Origin: Opitutales bacterium
GTDB lineage: Bacteria > Verrucomicrobiota > Verrucomicrobiia > Opitutales > UBA9783
Length of the DNA stretch: 32,000 nucleotides
Direction: 5' to 3'
Assembly (NCBI GenBank): GCA_024407725.1
Contig: JAKSVZ010000009.1
Location: 1-32,000 of the forward strand
Notes under the pieces: model-generated
Databases searched by the model: none
What the model was told of the DNA's origin: nothing
What the model saw: the letters and a program-made list of their open reading frames with translations, nothing else
Shown here: positions 8,416-18,346 of the stretch, piece after piece
Layout: every line of letters starts with the position of its first letter
Position numbering within the stretch: the first letter of the stretch is position 1
Made by a program: the position numbers and the translations under genes

Positions 8416-9204
8416 CTAATAGTTAATATTAAAGAAACGCAATGCGTTTTCGGCGGTTATTTTTGCGCAATCCGCAAACGAAATTTGCTTTATTTCGGCT
8501 AATTTTTCAGCCACATACCGTACATATTCCGGAATATTGTGCTGTCCTCTAAAGGGAGCAGGGGTTAAATACGGGCTATCGGTTTCAATAACCATACGCT
8601 CCAACGGTACCCAAGGAGCAGTTTCCAGCATATTTCCTGCACGTTTAAAGGTTATGACCCCTGAATAAGACACAAAACCGCCGTTGTCTATAATCCACTG
8701 AGCGGCTTCCAAATCCTCCGCAAAGCAATGAAACAATACGCGGCTCAAATCAAACTGCGTATGAATCAGAATTTCTTTAATAGCAAAAAAAGCATCGCGG
8801 CAATGAATCACAATGGGGAGATGATAACGCTGTGCCAAACGCAATTGGTACTCAAATGCCTGCATTTGTAGCTTCATTTGCGGAATGTGTTCCTTATCAA
8901 AGGTACCATGGAAATCGAGACCAATCTCCCCCACCCCAATTGAATGCGGTAAGTACGTACGCAAGCGTTCCAAATCCTCTTCCCACCGCTCGCTCACTTC
9001 CAATGGATGCAGGCCATAATAAACCCTTACGCGGTTCGAATGTTCAGCAACCTGTGAATTCAACAACCAATCGTTGGGGCAAGTTGATGCCAACAAAAGC
9101 ATCCGTAAATTCTTTGCATCCAATTGGGATATATATTCCAGCGCCCCATTCAGACCCAAATTATCCAAATGGCAATGGGAATCAATTAACAATGGGGTCA
9201 TCAC
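8416..9204 (-). CDS. tatD: TatD-family metal-dependent hydrolase/DNase
   Basis: N-terminal IDSHCHLD, an internal GEIGLD, and HCR..HCF plus ETDSPYL motifs typical of TatD. Confidence 0.85.
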   Translation of the reverse strand: MMTPLLIDSHCHLDNLGLNGALEYISQLDAKNLRMLLLASTCPNDWLLNSQVAEHSNRVRVYYGLHPLEVSERWEEDLERLRTYLPHSIGVGEIGLDFHGTFDKEHIPQMKLQMQAFEYQLRLAQRYHLPIVIHCRDAFFAIKEILIHTQFDLSRVLFHCFAEDLEAAQWIIDNGGFVSYSGVITFKRAGNMLETAPWVPLERMVIETDSPYLTPAPFRGQHNIPEYVRYVAEKLAEIKQISFADCAKITAENALRFFNINY

Positions 9205-9272
9205 AGGGTAATAAAAATTTTCTTATGCGCTTAATGGTTGCAAAACCGTAAAAACTAAAATTAATTAAAAGT

Positions 9273-9848
9273 ATGACGTTGTCAAATTGGATTACCCTCT
9301 CGCGTATCGGGTTAATCTTCGTCATTGGATGGTTATTTTACATCCCTTGGCCTAAGGCAAAAATTCTTGCTCTTATCGTTTATATTCTTACTAGCTCAAC
9401 CGATTGGTTGGATGGCTATGTTGCGCGCAAATATCACCAAGTGACCGACTGGGGAAAGTTGATGGATGCGTTGGTAGATAAAATTTTTACCATCAGTATG
9501 TTTATCTTATTGATCGGCAAAGGCCTCATCCCGACTTGGGGAATCTTTTGCATCCTGCTGATTTTATGCCGCGAATTCTTCATCACCGGTCTACGCATCT
9601 TGTTGGCAAAAAGCGGGGTTGTCCTTGCAGCCGAAGCGCACGGAAAGATTAAAACCATTTTACAATTAGTGGTGATCGGCTCGTTCTTTTTAATCGAAAT
9701 GCTAAGGGTCAATATCCACGCTGATTGGATGCAATCCTTACTGCCTGTTTTGTGCTGGATCAATACGGTCAACTTTATCCTAGCTACCGCCTTAACCCTT
9801 CATTCTGGGATCCATTACTACAACAAGTACAGCGCGTATTTGCACTAA
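9273..9848 (+). CDS. pgsA: CDP-diacylglycerol--glycerol-3-phosphate 3-phosphatidyltransferase
   Basis: CDP-alcohol phosphatidyltransferase motif DWLDGYVARKY..G..MDALVDK. The 191-aa polytopic membrane protein fits PgsA in size. Confidence 0.8.
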   Translation: MTLSNWITLSRIGLIFVIGWLFYIPWPKAKILALIVYILTSSTDWLDGYVARKYHQVTDWGKLMDALVDKIFTISMFILLIGKGLIPTWGIFCILLILCREFFITGLRILLAKSGVVLAAEAHGKIKTILQLVVIGSFFLIEMLRVNIHADWMQSLLPVLCWINTVNFILATALTLHSGIHYYNKYSAYLH

Positions 9849-9890
9849 GAACATTGCTATTTTCCCCAAAAAACGTTATCCTAATAGTGT

Positions 9891-10331
9891 ATGGAGCTAT
9901 TCAAGGATTGGCTTACTGAACTAGATAAGGAATTGAATTTAGGGGGTGAGTTGGCGCTCGACGAACATCAACGGTGCTTCCTCTTGTTTGATGAAAATCT
10001 ATTGGTCAGTATTATTTACCATCCTCATGAAAACGCCTATGAACTTAGGGGAAATTTAGGCCCTATCAATCGGTTGCGCAAAAAGCAGATCAATGCTAAG
10101 TTGATAGAAGCCAACCTAATCGGTGAGCTTAATGGCATTGCCCACTTCGCCATTGAAAAATACAGCGAAAAAGCGCTACTTATTCAATCGCTAACGCTCG
10201 ATACTTGCGATTATCCACGCTTCAATAAATCCCTAGAGCTGTTTGTTAACCTTTTTGAGTATTGGACTAAAAACCTAACCTCATTAACCACCAAAGTGAC
10301 CCAAGCGCAAATCGTTGGGTTGCGTGTTTAG
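9891..10331 (+). CDS. Class I type III secretion chaperone-like protein (CesT/SycE-like)
   Basis: 146 aa and acidic. The pattern F..WL..L...LNLGGELALDEHQRCFLLFDENLLVSIIY....AYELRGNLGPI...L..LIEANL is typical of CesT-family chaperones. This is pattern recognition only. Confidence 0.5.
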   Translation: MELFKDWLTELDKELNLGGELALDEHQRCFLLFDENLLVSIIYHPHENAYELRGNLGPINRLRKKQINAKLIEANLIGELNGIAHFAIEKYSEKALLIQSLTLDTCDYPRFNKSLELFVNLFEYWTKNLTSLTTKVTQAQIVGLRV

Positions 10332-10359
10332 TACTCAATTTTTTGCTTATTCATACCGT

Positions 10360-11241
10360 ATGCAAGGCATTTACACATCACTCATCACTCCCTTCTACAA
10401 AGACAAAGTGGATTATGAATCGCTAGAACGCTTACTGACGTATCAAATTAAATCAAAAGTACAGGGGCTCATTCTGCTGGATACAACCGGAGAAAATTCA
10501 ACCTTAGAATCCACTGAGCGCAACGAATTGATTACCTTTATCACTAAAAAGCTTAACCATAAACTGCCGTTTTTCCTTACCATTGAGGCAAATTGCACGC
10601 GTAAGGCCATTCGGTTTATGCATGAACTGGAGCATTTTAAACCCGATGGATTTTTAATGGTCACGCCCTATTATAACCGTCCTACTCAAAGCGGCCTGTA
10701 CCTCCATTATGAAGCGCTTGCCAAGGAAACCCGAAAACCGATTTGCTTGCACTCATCCGCATTTCGCTGTGGAACTGAATTAGCTGTTGATACCATCGAC
10801 CAATTGCGCCAAGCGTTTCCCGATACCATTATTGCCATTAAAGAATCGGGCAATTCCTGCAACCGCGTCAGTCAGCTCCTTAAAAACAAACGCAGTCCCT
10901 TCCACGTCCTATCGGGAGATGATTCCCTCATCCTGCCATTTTTAGCACTCGGAGCACAAGGAGCCATCAGCACAGCCGCCAACTGGATTGCAAAAGAAAT
11001 GGTTCAACTTTTTACCTTTGTTCAAGCCAACGACCTTGAAAGCGCCGCCCCCATTAACCGAAATTTTTATCCTTTATTTCGCGCATTGACCGTAGAAACC
11101 AACCCTGCCCCTATCAAATACATTTTGTATAAGGCAGGTTGGATCAAAAGCCCAGAAGTCCGTTTGCCTTTAAGCCCATTATCCGCCAAAAGCATGGCCT
11201 TTATTGACCAAATCCTGGAAAAATTAAAAGCCCAGTCTTAA
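10360..11241 (+). CDS. dapA: 4-hydroxy-tetrahydrodipicolinate synthase
   Basis: Contains TSLITPF, DTTGENSTLESTER (the GTTGE-type motif) and the active-site lysine context IIAIKESG. ATG 10360 (MQGIYTSL) is preferred over the 10315 start, which overlaps the upstream gene. Confidence 0.85.
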   Translation: MQGIYTSLITPFYKDKVDYESLERLLTYQIKSKVQGLILLDTTGENSTLESTERNELITFITKKLNHKLPFFLTIEANCTRKAIRFMHELEHFKPDGFLMVTPYYNRPTQSGLYLHYEALAKETRKPICLHSSAFRCGTELAVDTIDQLRQAFPDTIIAIKESGNSCNRVSQLLKNKRSPFHVLSGDDSLILPFLALGAQGAISTAANWIAKEMVQLFTFVQANDLESAAPINRNFYPLFRALTVETNPAPIKYILYKAGWIKSPEVRLPLSPLSAKSMAFIDQILEKLKAQS

Positions 11242-11307
11242 TCCACTTACAGACGCCACAAAACATTTTCCATTTTACAAGCACCCTCACTTGATTAAGA
11301 TGAAAGC

Positions 11308-11880
11308 ATGATTGCTTTTTTAGAAGGCGTTCTAGATTCTGTTCATGCCCACAGCATCTTTTTAGCAATCCAAGGCATCGGTTATGAGGTATTTGTTCAA
11401 AAACCTCAAGCGTTTCAACCGCAGCAACATTACCGCTTATACACCTGCCCCATTTACCGAGAAGACAACCAACAACTCTATGGGTTCCTTACGATGGAAG
11501 AACGCAACTGCTTTAAGTTGTTAGTAGAAAAAGTCAGCGGTATAGGGCCTAAATTGGCCTTAACCTTGTTAACCGTTTTTTCGATGCAAGAACTCTGCTC
11601 GTTGATCGTTAATCAAGATTACCAAGCGCTTACCCGCTGCCCTGGAGTCGGTAAAAAAACCGCTCAACGGCTTTTGTTGGAGCTTCATGATTACTTAAAA
11701 GCCTTACCTGCATCAACACCTGCCGATACCCCTCATACGTGTTATAAAGACGCTATCGAGGCGCTAATTGTCCTAGGTTATCCCCGCAAACAATCAGAAG
11801 AGCGAATCCAAAAAGTTCACGAAAATCATCCTGAGCTGGATTCCGTGGAAGCTATTTTGCGTCAAGCCTTGCAAAGCTAA
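11308..11880 (+). CDS. ruvA: Holliday junction DNA helicase subunit RuvA
   Basis: N-terminal MIAFLEGVL, helix-hairpin-helix segments (VSGIGPKLAL, CPGVGKKTAQRLLLEL) and a size of 190 aa. Confidence 0.9.
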   Translation: MIAFLEGVLDSVHAHSIFLAIQGIGYEVFVQKPQAFQPQQHYRLYTCPIYREDNQQLYGFLTMEERNCFKLLVEKVSGIGPKLALTLLTVFSMQELCSLIVNQDYQALTRCPGVGKKTAQRLLLELHDYLKALPASTPADTPHTCYKDAIEALIVLGYPRKQSEERIQKVHENHPELDSVEAILRQALQS

Positions 11881-11980
11881 GCGCGCATACCCTATCACCC
11901 GCTTTATTGCTGCTGATTGAGTCATCGAAAATTGACTTGCGTCCCCCGTTTAAACCCATTGTTTTAAGGGTATACAGATT

Positions 11981-12301
11981 ATGCAACCGTTCTTCTTTTC
12001 ATTTTTATTCGGAGCAGAGGTTCCACAAGCCCCTCAAGGAGCTTCCATAACCTCAAGCCTATTGATGATGGGGCTGTTTTTCTTGGCCTTCTGGTTTTTG
12101 ATGATTGCCCCTCAACGGAAGCGTCAAAAGGAACAAAAAGCGATGATTGCAGCCCTCAAGGTAGGCGATGAAATCATAACCTCCTCTGGGTTTCTAGCTT
12201 CTGTTGTTCAAGTAAAGGAAGACCGTTTGGTCATAAAAACAGGCGATGCTAAATTAGAAATCTATAAGCAGTTCGTTCAATCCGTACATCATCACAAATA
12301 A
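11981..12301 (+). CDS. yajC: Preprotein translocase subunit YajC
   Basis: Single TM helix followed by the APQRKRQKE..LKVGDEIITSSGF..V pattern. It lies directly upstream of secDF with a TAATG overlap. Confidence 0.85.
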   Translation: MQPFFFSFLFGAEVPQAPQGASITSSLLMMGLFFLAFWFLMIAPQRKRQKEQKAMIAALKVGDEIITSSGFLASVVQVKEDRLVIKTGDAKLEIYKQFVQSVHHHK

Positions 12302-14790
12302 TGCAAGCGACTAAGTGGCGTTTAGGTATTACCCTCCTAGCAATTGCTATTGGGGTCGGTCAATTAATGCCTTGGGAAGATAAACCGTATGATACGTATC
12401 TGACCCAGCAGGTAAAAAGCAACAAAGAGCAATTCCAATCGGTTTTGCAAGCAGCTCAAACTCAGGTTAAAGAGCACAAGGCGCCTAACTTAATTCAGGC
12501 ATTGGTACGTATCTGTAAGGAACGAAAGCTGGATTTAAGTACCTGCTTTACCCAATTTAATGCCGCGGATATTAAAAATTTTGATAAGCGGAATCAGATC
12601 CTCCTACAGCACCTATTGCATCAATCCCAAAGCGTGTTTAAGCAAGGATTGGATCTCAAAGGCGGCGTTGCATTTTCATTGAGCATCAACCCGCAAGTGT
12701 TGGAAGGTAAATCCGATTGGGAATGCGAAAAGTTGGTGCAAAAGGCGATTGAGGTTATTACAACCCGTATCGATGCTCTTGGGGTAGCTGAACCGATTGT
12801 ACGCCCCTATGGACGCAATAACATTGAAATTCAACTGCCCGGCATTTCGCTTGAAACCCATCCGGATATCGTTGGCGCCCTCAAAAAGCCAGCAAAGCTA
12901 GATTTTCGTTTGGTTAAGGAAGATGCAGACCCGAATGGCTCTATTCCCTTAGGATATGAGCGCTTGGTCATGGAGCACGAGGATGAGCAAGGGCAATGGA
13001 TGCAAATTCCGTTGATTGTTAAACGCATCCCAGAGATGACGGGGAAAGCCATTAAGGAAGCCCAGCCGGTGGTAGATGCTTACGGAAAGTATGAGGTCAG
13101 CCTGCAAATGACCTCCGAAGGTAAAGAGCGTTTTGCAAGCATTACCCGACAAAACCTACACCGTCGCTTAGCCATTGTGCTGGATGGCGTTGTATGCTCC
13201 GCCCCTGTTATTCAATCAGAAATTACCGGTGGACAAGCCAGCATTTCAGGACGCTTTACCCAACGCGACGCGATTGAGCTTTCTAACGTACTCAATAACC
13301 CGCTGGAATTTGAGCTAGAATTGGCAGAAATCTATGAAATAGGACCCTCGCTTGCCACCAGTGCTAAAAACATCGCTATTTATGCATCCTTGGCAGGACT
13401 CATCCTGTTGATCACGGTCATGTCTTTGTATTACCACCTATCCGGTATGCTCTGCAGCCTCTCTTTGTTGCTCAATGCGTTCTTCATCTTTGTTTCTTGG
13501 GCAATCTTAGGAGCAACCATCACTCTGCCCAGCATTACAGCGCTTGCGTTAACTCTTGGAATGGCCGTGGATGCCAACATCCTGATTTTTGAACGCGTCC
13601 GAGAAGAACTCCGCGCAGGTATTAACTTAACCACCGCTTTAAATACAGGACACAAAAAGGCATTCATCGCTATTTTAGATTCCAACCTAACAACGCTTTT
13701 AACCGCAGGATTGCTCGTTCTTTTAGGAACCGGTGCGGTTAAAGGATTCGGAATCACCTTGGCAGCCGGTATTTTAACCACCCTGTTCTCCGTTTTGTGC
13801 TTCAATCGAGCTTTGTTGGAACTTTTGGTACACGCCAACCATTTTCACCTACCGGATCAAGCTTGGTTTCAAGATGCAAAAATCAACTTTTTAGCCCACA
13901 TTAAGGGCGGTTTGTGCATCTCCTGCTTATTGGCTCTCATCGGTTGCGCTGCATTTGGAATACGGGGCAAAGGCGTACTGAGCATCGACTTTGTGGGTGG
14001 AGATGAATTGTTGGTTCAAGGCGACCGCATGGTGGATTGTCAAAAAATCCGCGATTTAGCGAAGCAAAAGCAACTGGGTACCATCAATGCCGTCTATCAG
14101 AAGAACCTATCCAGCACCTCGCATTTGCTAAAAATTCAAACCGAAAAGGGGCGCGGCATGGATGTGTTTTCAGCCGTACAAGCATCCGAGCCTGAAGTTC
14201 ATTTCAAATGCGTTTCGAAAAACCAAATCGGTGCTTCCGTCAGCTCAGATGTCCAAAAACATGCTATTTTATCCATTGTGTTCGCACTCATCGGTATCCT
14301 AGCCTACATCGCGGTGCGCTTTGAATGGACCTATGGAATTAGCTCTGTATTGGCGTTAACGCACGATACCCTCATTACCATGGGCTTATACGTCGCATTC
14401 GGACATCAATTTACAGCGCCCATGATTGCTGCAGTTTTGTTGGTCATCGGTTATTCGATCAATGATAAAATCATCATTTTCGACCGCGTCCGCGAAGAGC
14501 TAGCAGCCAATCGTTCCCTACCCCTAAACGCTGTGATCAATCGCTCCATCAACAAAACCCTATCGCGTACGTTAATGACCAGCTTAACGACGTTTATTCC
14601 AACGTCATTGCTGTATATCTGCTGCTCCGGAATCGTACGGGATTACGCGCTTGTATTCATGTTGGGAATTATTATCGGTACGTTCTCATCCATCTTCGTG
14701 GCAACGCCTTTGTTTTATAAATTAAACCACGGGAATCGCACCCATTTGGACAATCCACAAACGTCTAAGCACGCTTGGGAACAAGCATAA
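12301..14790 (+). CDS. secDF: Fused protein-export membrane protein SecDF
   Basis: 829 aa with two six-TM halves, each carrying the SecD/SecF signature (MAVDANILIFERVREEL and IGYSINDKIIIFDRVREEL), and a large periplasmic loop. Confidence 0.9.
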   Translation: MQATKWRLGITLLAIAIGVGQLMPWEDKPYDTYLTQQVKSNKEQFQSVLQAAQTQVKEHKAPNLIQALVRICKERKLDLSTCFTQFNAADIKNFDKRNQILLQHLLHQSQSVFKQGLDLKGGVAFSLSINPQVLEGKSDWECEKLVQKAIEVITTRIDALGVAEPIVRPYGRNNIEIQLPGISLETHPDIVGALKKPAKLDFRLVKEDADPNGSIPLGYERLVMEHEDEQGQWMQIPLIVKRIPEMTGKAIKEAQPVVDAYGKYEVSLQMTSEGKERFASITRQNLHRRLAIVLDGVVCSAPVIQSEITGGQASISGRFTQRDAIELSNVLNNPLEFELELAEIYEIGPSLATSAKNIAIYASLAGLILLITVMSLYYHLSGMLCSLSLLLNAFFIFVSWAILGATITLPSITALALTLGMAVDANILIFERVREELRAGINLTTALNTGHKKAFIAILDSNLTTLLTAGLLVLLGTGAVKGFGITLAAGILTTLFSVLCFNRALLELLVHANHFHLPDQAWFQDAKINFLAHIKGGLCISCLLALIGCAAFGIRGKGVLSIDFVGGDELLVQGDRMVDCQKIRDLAKQKQLGTINAVYQKNLSSTSHLLKIQTEKGRGMDVFSAVQASEPEVHFKCVSKNQIGASVSSDVQKHAILSIVFALIGILAYIAVRFEWTYGISSVLALTHDTLITMGLYVAFGHQFTAPMIAAVLLVIGYSINDKIIIFDRVREELAANRSLPLNAVINRSINKTLSRTLMTSLTTFIPTSLLYICCSGIVRDYALVFMLGIIIGTFSSIFVATPLFYKLNHGNRTHLDNPQTSKHAWEQA

Positions 14791-16524
14791 ATGCGTTGGT
14801 GTTTTCCTTCCTCTTGCTCCATTCCTCAATGGTTAACGGATTACCTTAAGCAACAGGAGCTGCCGCACGCTTATTTACCGATTTTAGGCCAGCTGCTTAG
14901 TCAGGTAAGTCCTCCCTTCAATAATCCACAGGAGGTAGAGCAGTTCTTGCGTCCATCGTTAAAGAACTCTGAAGCCCCTAAGGACATTCTAAATTTACCA
15001 GAAGCGGTTCAGTGCATTCATGCGGCCTGCAAAGCCCACAAACGGATTATTGTGGTTAGCGATTACGATGTGGATGGCGTCACCAGTATGACACTGATGT
15101 ACCGCTTTTTTCACTACTTCCAGCTACCCTTTACCCCTGTATTTCCATTAAGAAAAAGCGAAGGGTATGGGTTAACCGATGCGTTTATCGATCGTATCCT
15201 CAAAACCCATGCGCCCTTCGATTACCTCATCGCCATGGATTGCGGAACGAATTCGACTCAAGCGATTCAGCGCATCAACGCCTCTGGTGCATCCGCCCTT
15301 ATCATTGATCACCACCAACCAACCGTTGATCCCTTACCTTCGGCTCTCATCGTTAATCCGCACGTACAACCCGAACGCCATTCAGCATCTGCTCAAAACT
15401 TATGCACAGCAGGATTGGTCTTTAAATTTATCCAATATTGGCGCACGCTGTTAAAACAAGAGGGCTGCGCGGCTGCAGAACAATTGGTATTGAGCTCATT
15501 TTTGGATTTAGTGGCCTTAGGAACCATTGCCGATGTAGTACCTTTGCGCGGAGATAACCGCTTATGGGTGCATTTTGGCTTAAAGGCTATGGAACGAACG
15601 CCGTCCTATGGTCTTAAAACCTTACTGAAATTAGCAGGATGCGGCCAAATTCCTACGGTTGAAGATATAGGGTTTAAAATAGGGCCGCGCATCAACGCAG
15701 GCGGTCGGTTGGATTCCGCCACAGCCCCGTTTGAACTGCTAACGTCCGATGACCACCCTAACTGCAAGGCCCTCGCGACTGAATTGGACGCACTGAATTC
15801 CCAACGCAAGTCCATGGAACATCAAATGGTTCAAGAGGCCGAAGCGCTCATCGCCCAAGATCCCAATCAACACGCCTATGTTCTCTATCAACCGCATTGG
15901 CATACCGGTATTGTAGGAATTGTTGCAGGGCGCCTGATGCACCAGCATCATTGCCCCATCTTTGTGCTAGGGCAGCAAAATGAACTCGCTAAGGGTTCAG
16001 GGCGCAGTATTTCGGGCGTTGATCTCGTTCCCCTCCTTACTCAAGCGCAACCATGGATTCATCAATGGGGCGGGCATGAAGCAGCGGTTGGGTTAAGTAC
16101 CGCCATCGATCAAATTCCAGCCTTGGAGCAATCTATCCGCCGTTACCTAAAGGATACGTTTCCCGTTTGGCCCCAACCTACCCTGAACCTATCCGGTATC
16201 CTGACGGAAGACCTACTAACGGACGACTTTTTGCACATACTGGATCGCTTAGGTCCCTTCGGATCCGGTTATGAACCTCCCCTGTTTGCCCTCCCTTCTA
16301 TTCAATTAACTCAACCGCCTAAGCGTTTTGGTTCCAATAATAACCACCTGCGGCTACAATGGCATCGCCATAGCTTCGTCGCTTGGAATTATTCGGGAGC
16401 CGAACCGTCCATTAATCAGCCCATCGATTGCGCAATCCGTTTAGGGTGGAACTATTGGGCCAATCGCTTGAATTTACAAATTCAGTTGATTGATTGGCGC
16501 CCATCAGAATCCATCGACCTATAA
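14791..16524 (+). CDS. recJ: Single-stranded-DNA-specific exonuclease RecJ
   Basis: DHH-family motifs DYDVDGVTS, MDCG, IIDHHQ and GGHEAAVG. Size is 577 aa. Confidence 0.9.
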   Translation: MRWCFPSSCSIPQWLTDYLKQQELPHAYLPILGQLLSQVSPPFNNPQEVEQFLRPSLKNSEAPKDILNLPEAVQCIHAACKAHKRIIVVSDYDVDGVTSMTLMYRFFHYFQLPFTPVFPLRKSEGYGLTDAFIDRILKTHAPFDYLIAMDCGTNSTQAIQRINASGASALIIDHHQPTVDPLPSALIVNPHVQPERHSASAQNLCTAGLVFKFIQYWRTLLKQEGCAAAEQLVLSSFLDLVALGTIADVVPLRGDNRLWVHFGLKAMERTPSYGLKTLLKLAGCGQIPTVEDIGFKIGPRINAGGRLDSATAPFELLTSDDHPNCKALATELDALNSQRKSMEHQMVQEAEALIAQDPNQHAYVLYQPHWHTGIVGIVAGRLMHQHHCPIFVLGQQNELAKGSGRSISGVDLVPLLTQAQPWIHQWGGHEAAVGLSTAIDQIPALEQSIRRYLKDTFPVWPQPTLNLSGILTEDLLTDDFLHILDRLGPFGSGYEPPLFALPSIQLTQPPKRFGSNNNHLRLQWHRHSFVAWNYSGAEPSINQPIDCAIRLGWNYWANRLNLQIQLIDWRPSESIDL

Positions 16525-16526
16525 GA

Positions 16527-16557
16527 TTGACAAAGTCCAAGGAGCATCGAGTATAAT
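16527..16557 (+). promoter_or_regulatory. Candidate sigma70-type promoter of trxB
   Basis: TTGACA (16527..16532) and TATAAT (16552..16557) are both perfect hexamers, but the spacer is a long 19 nt. Confidence 0.4.
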
Positions 16558-16592
16558 AAAGACCTAAGTGCAGCTTAACGTGTGCAGTTAAT

Positions 16593-17564
16593 TTGGGAGA
16601 TGGTAGAATGCACGACGAACAAATAATCATTGTTGGAAGCGGATGCGCTGGGTTATCAGCCGCTATCTATGCTGCACGCGCACAACTACACCCGTTGGTG
16701 ATTGAAGGAAACCAACCGGGAGGATTGTTAACGCAAACCACCCAAGTGGAAAATTTCCCTGGATTCTCTGAGGGGATTCAAGGATACGAGTTGGTTAACC
16801 GTATCCGTAAACAGGCTGAGAAATTCGGTGCTCGTTTCTTGTCCAACCAAGTGCAGCGCATTACCTTTGAAGCCAATTCATCGCTCAATCCTCACCAGCT
16901 CAAAGGAGCAATTTTGGACGATGGTCAAACGCTTCAAGCAGCGGCGATTATTTTAGCAACTGGGTCTCATCCAAAGATGCTTGGTTTGCCCCATGAAGCG
17001 AAATTGCTGGGCGGCAAAGGACTCAGCGTTTGCGCCACCTGCGACGGATGCTTTTATAAAGGCGAAACCGTTTGCGTAATTGGCGGAGGAGATTCTGCTT
17101 GCGAAGAAGCTTTGTATTTAAGCCAAATCTGCAAAAAGGTTTATTTGGTTCACCGACGCGATACCTTACGCGCTTCAAAAATTATGGCTGATCGCGTACA
17201 ATCCAATCCAAGTATTGAATGCGTATTCGATTCCAAACCGGTTCAATACGAAGTGGATCCTCAAGGATTTATTCAAGGATTACAGGTACAATCCAACGCA
17301 ACCCAAGCGCTACGGGTGCTGCCCTGTACCGGTATCTTTTTGGCCATCGGATGGAACCCAAACACTGCGTTATGTAGCTCCCTTTTGCCCTTAGATGACA
17401 AAGGCTATTTTTCCATCGACGCCCACCTACAAAGTAGTATTTCTGGCCTATTTGCAGCAGGAGATTGCGTTGATACGCGCTACCGACAAGCAAGCGTTGC
17501 AGCCGGTATGGGAGTACAGGCCGCTTTAGAAGCACAAAATTGGTTAACCCAGCATCATGAGTAA
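16593..17564 (+). CDS. trxB: Thioredoxin-disulfide reductase
   Basis: FAD motif GSGCAGLSAA, redox-active CATCDG, NADPH motif GGGDSACEEA. ATG 16608, preceded by GGGAGA, is the more likely start. Confidence 0.9.
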   Translation: MGDGRMHDEQIIIVGSGCAGLSAAIYAARAQLHPLVIEGNQPGGLLTQTTQVENFPGFSEGIQGYELVNRIRKQAEKFGARFLSNQVQRITFEANSSLNPHQLKGAILDDGQTLQAAAIILATGSHPKMLGLPHEAKLLGGKGLSVCATCDGCFYKGETVCVIGGGDSACEEALYLSQICKKVYLVHRRDTLRASKIMADRVQSNPSIECVFDSKPVQYEVDPQGFIQGLQVQSNATQALRVLPCTGIFLAIGWNPNTALCSSLLPLDDKGYFSIDAHLQSSISGLFAAGDCVDTRYRQASVAAGMGVQAALEAQNWLTQHHE

Positions 17565-18039
17565 ATGTTGTCTATGTGAACAAACTGCAAGCGTGCACCT
17601 CATCAATGTGGACGCAAATGGACGTATGTTCGAAACCTTTTTGTGTGCCGAACATGCCGAAAGCAAGGAGGTTTCCACCCCCAATGCGTACCAATTGATG
17701 GATATATTGCCGCATTACGACAAAGGCGTTGTGTTATCGAACCACATCTGTCCTACCTGCGGATGCACCAAGGAATGGATTGAAAACACCCATCATGCCG
17801 GCTGTCCCGATTGCTATAAAACCTTCAAAGAGCTCCGGTTAACGGGCGCCCATGATTGTTGCGTCCATTTCGGCAAAATTCCGCAAGGGAAGCTATCGCC
17901 AGAGGCATTTAAACCCCGCTTACGTTATTTACAAGCGCAGTTGCAGGCAGCCATCGATGCGGATCGTTTGGAAGTAGCTCAGCAAATACAAAAACAAATC
18001 CGAACCATTGAAAGAGCCATAAAAGCATGTACTCAATAA
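17557..18039 (+). CDS. mcsA: McsA-like zinc-finger/UVR-domain protein (protein-arginine kinase activator family)
   Basis: N-terminal C..CE...A..H...V..NG......LC..HA, a second CPTCG....GCPDCY..F zinc-finger pair, HFGKIP, and a C-terminal UVR-like helix (RLEVAQQIQKQIRTIE). Confidence 0.7.
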   Translation: MSKCCLCEQTASVHLINVDANGRMFETFLCAEHAESKEVSTPNAYQLMDILPHYDKGVVLSNHICPTCGCTKEWIENTHHAGCPDCYKTFKELRLTGAHDCCVHFGKIPQGKLSPEAFKPRLRYLQAQLQAAIDADRLEVAQQIQKQIRTIERAIKACTQ

Positions 18040-18329
18040 CCTTTGATTCTCAATGCCAAGCGGTTTTAGGGAAAATGACGCAGGAAAAACAGCTGAAATT
18101 GGTGGATTTTTTAAGCAATTTTGATGCGCAAAAAGTTCCCGCAGCTGATCAAATGAAGCGCGATAATAAGCTGTTTTATCGATTAAAATGGGAAGCCTTT
18201 CGCATTTACATCGAATCTACACCAGAAGGCACCCTTATTGTGCACTCTATCCTTTCAAAGCATTCTTGGAATGACTTTTTGTTTCGGGCAAAATTACCCT
18301 ATCCATCCGAAAACAACACCCCAAAATAG
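18027..18329 (+). CDS. Small RelE/ParE-superfamily-like protein (100 aa)
   Basis: MYSITFDSQCQAVLGKM..EKQLKLVDFLSNF...K..........FYRLKWEAFRIYIES.PEGTLIVHSILSKH follows the usual RelE/ParE layout (MYxIxF...A.K.L.KL...YRLRVGDYRIIY.I....I.I..I.HR). It overlaps mcsA by 13 nt. Pattern-level call only. Confidence 0.45.
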   Translation: MYSITFDSQCQAVLGKMTQEKQLKLVDFLSNFDAQKVPAADQMKRDNKLFYRLKWEAFRIYIESTPEGTLIVHSILSKHSWNDFLFRAKLPYPSENNTPK

Positions 18330-18346
18330 CCCCAAAGGCATCTATT

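Noticed and set aside
8832-9251. 139-aa plus-strand ORF antisense to tatD. The same applies to other shadow ORFs (7661..7882, 9434..9772, 12676..13152, 13431..13838, 15179..15951, 17269..17535, 18502..18714, 19203..19457, 19987..20190, 23279..23485, 26773..26967, 27218..28222, 29931..30624, 31289..31537).
   Set aside because: All lie inside or antisense to genes with strong family signatures and have low-complexity or atypical composition. I treat them as frame shadows.
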